Of a stretch of 64,000 bases of DNA, positions 62,045 to 64,000 are shown piece by piece. This stretch comes from a virus (lineage: Duplodnaviria; Caudoviricetes). A model generated the notes under the pieces. It was not told the origin of the DNA. It searched no databases and was given only the letters and a program-made list of their open reading frames with translations. Each line of letters opens with the position of its first letter. Within the stretch, counting starts at the first letter, position 1. A program made the translations under genes and the position numbers. The stretch is from the IMG/VR virus record IMGVR_UViG_3300037067_004728, positions 32,001 through 96,000 of that record; one strand, 5' to 3'.

Positions 62045-63454
62045 ATGGCGATAGCTACGTCGAAAATCGAATTACCCAACCATACACAATGCCCGGATTG
62101 TCGGCAATGGTATGAGGGGGAAGGGGCAACGGCATACGGCAATGGTGACACCCGTACAGTATGCCCTAATTGTGCGGAATTGGCGGGATATGTTGCTTGT
62201 GACGATTGCGGCAAGCTATTCCCCGAATTGCACGATTGCGACGGGGATAACTATTGCGACGATTGCGCCGATTCGCACGGGTTTAAGCAATGTTCGCAAT
62301 GTGACGAATGGATGGATTCTGACGATCTGGAAGAATATGACGATGAGTTGTATTGCCGGGAATGTGCCGATGCCGCCGATCTATACCATTGTGACGATTG
62401 CGGCAAGCTATTCCACACTGACGATTTAACCGATTGCGACGGTAACTACTATTGCGACCGTTGCAAGGATAACAATGGGTATACGGAATGTTACCATTGC
62501 CATGATACTATCCATCGGGACCATTGTAGCACGGGTGCCGATGATGAGGATTATTGCGAATCGTGCTGGTGTGACCATTTTTCGGTTTGTGAGGATTGTG
62601 GCACAACTATCTGGACTGACGATTGTGTCTATACTAGGGATGCTTGCTATTGTAGCGATTGTGCCCCTGGTGCCGAGAATTACGAACCGAAGCGTTTTGA
62701 CGGTTCTAACAATACTTTCACAAAAATCGGTCAGCGCGCCTTTGGCGTAGAAATCGAGACTGACGAATGTGATGGTTATGAGGATTACGACGGTCGGGGC
62801 GCCTTTGGCGCAAAACCCGATGCTTCCGTAAATGGCAAAGAGTTTTATTCTGACATTCTTTCCGGGGATAAGGGTCTTGCGGAAATTGAGCAGTTTTGCC
62901 GTTTTGCGGATCGTAACGGTTTTGCCGTTGATTCCAGTTGTGGGCTTCATGCCCATTTTGACATGCGGAACGAAAATAACGATAGCATGAAGTCTATCGC
63001 TTGTGCCATGCTTTCCACTTATGAGGTTTGGAAGGCTTTTGTCGATGAGGCAAGACACGACAATCATTACTGTCATGCTAGTTGTGCCAGTTTGGGCGAA
63101 GTTTACGGCGTTACCGATTTTAGGGATTGGGGCGGTCGTAGGCGTCGTTACGAATGGCTCAATTTTGTGGCCTATTACGAACATAGGAGTATTGAGGTTC
63201 GGTTGCATCATGGCAGTCTTAACGCCACTGAGATATGTAACTGGATTAGGGGTATTTCCTTGTGGATGGATTGGGCCGCAAGTAAGGGTTGGAAGGAAGT
63301 AAGGGATTCTCTGATTTACAAGAGTTATGCCGAAAGATTCGCCCTTATGTGCAAGGTTTGGGAAAATGCCGGTTGTGCCGATCTTGTCGATTGGTTCAAG
63401 GAACGGGTTGAAGCATCGGAAATCGAATGGGCCGAATTAGCCGAAGTAGCCTAA
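62045..63454 (+). CDS. putative amidoligase with 12 N-terminal CxxC motifs
   Basis: FGVEIET, DASV..EFYSDIL, CGLHAHFD, EVRLHHGSL, CNWI; own promoter 61974-62001. Confidence 0.82.
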   Translation: MAIATSKIELPNHTQCPDCRQWYEGEGATAYGNGDTRTVCPNCAELAGYVACDDCGKLFPELHDCDGDNYCDDCADSHGFKQCSQCDEWMDSDDLEEYDDELYCRECADAADLYHCDDCGKLFHTDDLTDCDGNYYCDRCKDNNGYTECYHCHDTIHRDHCSTGADDEDYCESCWCDHFSVCEDCGTTIWTDDCVYTRDACYCSDCAPGAENYEPKRFDGSNNTFTKIGQRAFGVEIETDECDGYEDYDGRGAFGAKPDASVNGKEFYSDILSGDKGLAEIEQFCRFADRNGFAVDSSCGLHAHFDMRNENNDSMKSIACAMLSTYEVWKAFVDEARHDNHYCHASCASLGEVYGVTDFRDWGGRRRRYEWLNFVAYYEHRSIEVRLHHGSLNATEICNWIRGISLWMDWAASKGWKEVRDSLIYKSYAERFALMCKVWENAGCADLVDWFKERVEASEIEWAELAEVA

Positions 63455-63470
63455 TTGGAGGGTTAGGCCG

Positions 63471-63502
63471 TAGGGCGGGGTCATACCCGCCCTATCTTTT
63501 TT
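63471..63502 (+). terminator. intrinsic terminator
   Basis: TAGGGCGGG/CCCGCCCTA plus T-run. Confidence 0.75.
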
Positions 63503-64000
63503 GCCAGTTTGTCCGATTGTCGGGGTCATACCTGGCGCTCCCGCGCATTCGTTATGACCCCGATGATAGTAATAAACGGCCTGTATTCCCTCTGACGTTA
63601 CAATCGGACCCTAGCCCCGTGGTTTTCCACGCTATCCCGTCGATTTTGCTTGACTAAGCAAAATGCCGATCTATGCTTGTATAGTGGAGGGCGGGAGTTT
63701 ACAACACTAGCCTATTGTGGAGGGTGCTAAAATGGACCTAGTTTGTATCCGTTGTGGCAATGCGTTTGTGTCTAGTCGGTCCCATGATCTATGCCCCGAT
63801 TGTCGCAAGAGGGAATCCCGCAAGCGCGCCTATCTGCGCAGAAAAGAGCGGGAATCCATTTTGCGGGATTGCGGGCTAGTCAAGGTTAGGGGCGCTCTTG
63901 GCGGGGTCTATTGGGAGTAGAAAAAATCTACTTGACAACCCGCAACCTTGACCTATGCTTGATATAGAAGGGGAGGGCGAAACAATGCTTTACCTGATTT

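Larger units (their letters stand above)
45270..63564. repeat. dispersed intergenic TT(G/A)TCGGGGTCA motif (about 19 copies, both orientations)
   Basis: copies at about 45270, 45519, 47473, 47513r, 51031, 51064r, 51090, 51194r, 55022, 55056r, 60706, 60767, 60806, 60918r, 61345, 61823, 63476, 63517, 63555r. Confidence 0.85.
15537..63959 (+). promoter_or_regulatory. family of more than 20 strong TTGAC(A/T)-N16-TAnnnT promoters
   Basis: -35 boxes at 15537, 18061, 19491, 26985, 35006, 37852, 37970, 39343, 42009, 43541, 45582, 45907, 46814, 47555, 49479, 50734, 52734, 55098, 55496, 57350, 61015, 61974, 63650, 63932 (N16); 51227 and 53824 (N17). Confidence 0.85.

Noticed and set aside
52794-63211. 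Long minus-strand ORFs (52794..53618, 55953..56534, 62426..63211)
   Set aside because: They are antisense shadows of well-supported plus-strand genes and show no motifs.
1-64000. Stop-codon reassignment
   Set aside because: Known proteins are full length under code 11 and end in TAA, TAG and TGA, with tight ATGA/TAATG overlaps.

Overview
This is a 64-kb segment of a large dsDNA bacteriophage genome. No capsid, tail or terminase genes are recognisable, genes lie almost entirely on the + strand, and the standard genetic code fits. The left part (1-45 kb) is densely packed with DNA/RNA metabolism and auxiliary genes: VRR-NUC, a sigma-like HTH protein, ATP-dependent DNA ligase, PD-(D/E)xK nuclease, GNAT, radical SAM, Bcs1-like AAA ATPase, M28 peptidase, three methyltransferase-like ORFs, DeoC, FkbM, an NDT-like protein, a HAD phosphatase, a DEDD exonuclease, guanine deaminase, vWA, RNA ligase, GumC-like and WcaJ-like proteins, TatA and seven tRNAs. 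The right part (45-64 kb) is built of promoter-gene-terminator cassettes separated by a recurring TT(G/A)TCGGGGTCA motif. It holds tmRNA, several orphan structured RNAs, four Zn-finger/amidoligase paralogs and a class II glutamine amidotransferase. The most notable items are (1) a Ro60/TROVE gene directly preceded by a 70-nt-period array of three Y RNA-like hairpins that resemble metazoan Y RNAs, (2) seven tandem divergent paralogs of an unrecognised ~115-aa 'F-x-GGPP' protein, (3) the amidoligase-GATase set and (4) several promoter/terminator-bounded ncRNAs. A Planctomycetota host is inferred from the TatA sequence and gene content, but is not proven. All family calls rest on motif recognition by eye; no searches were run.
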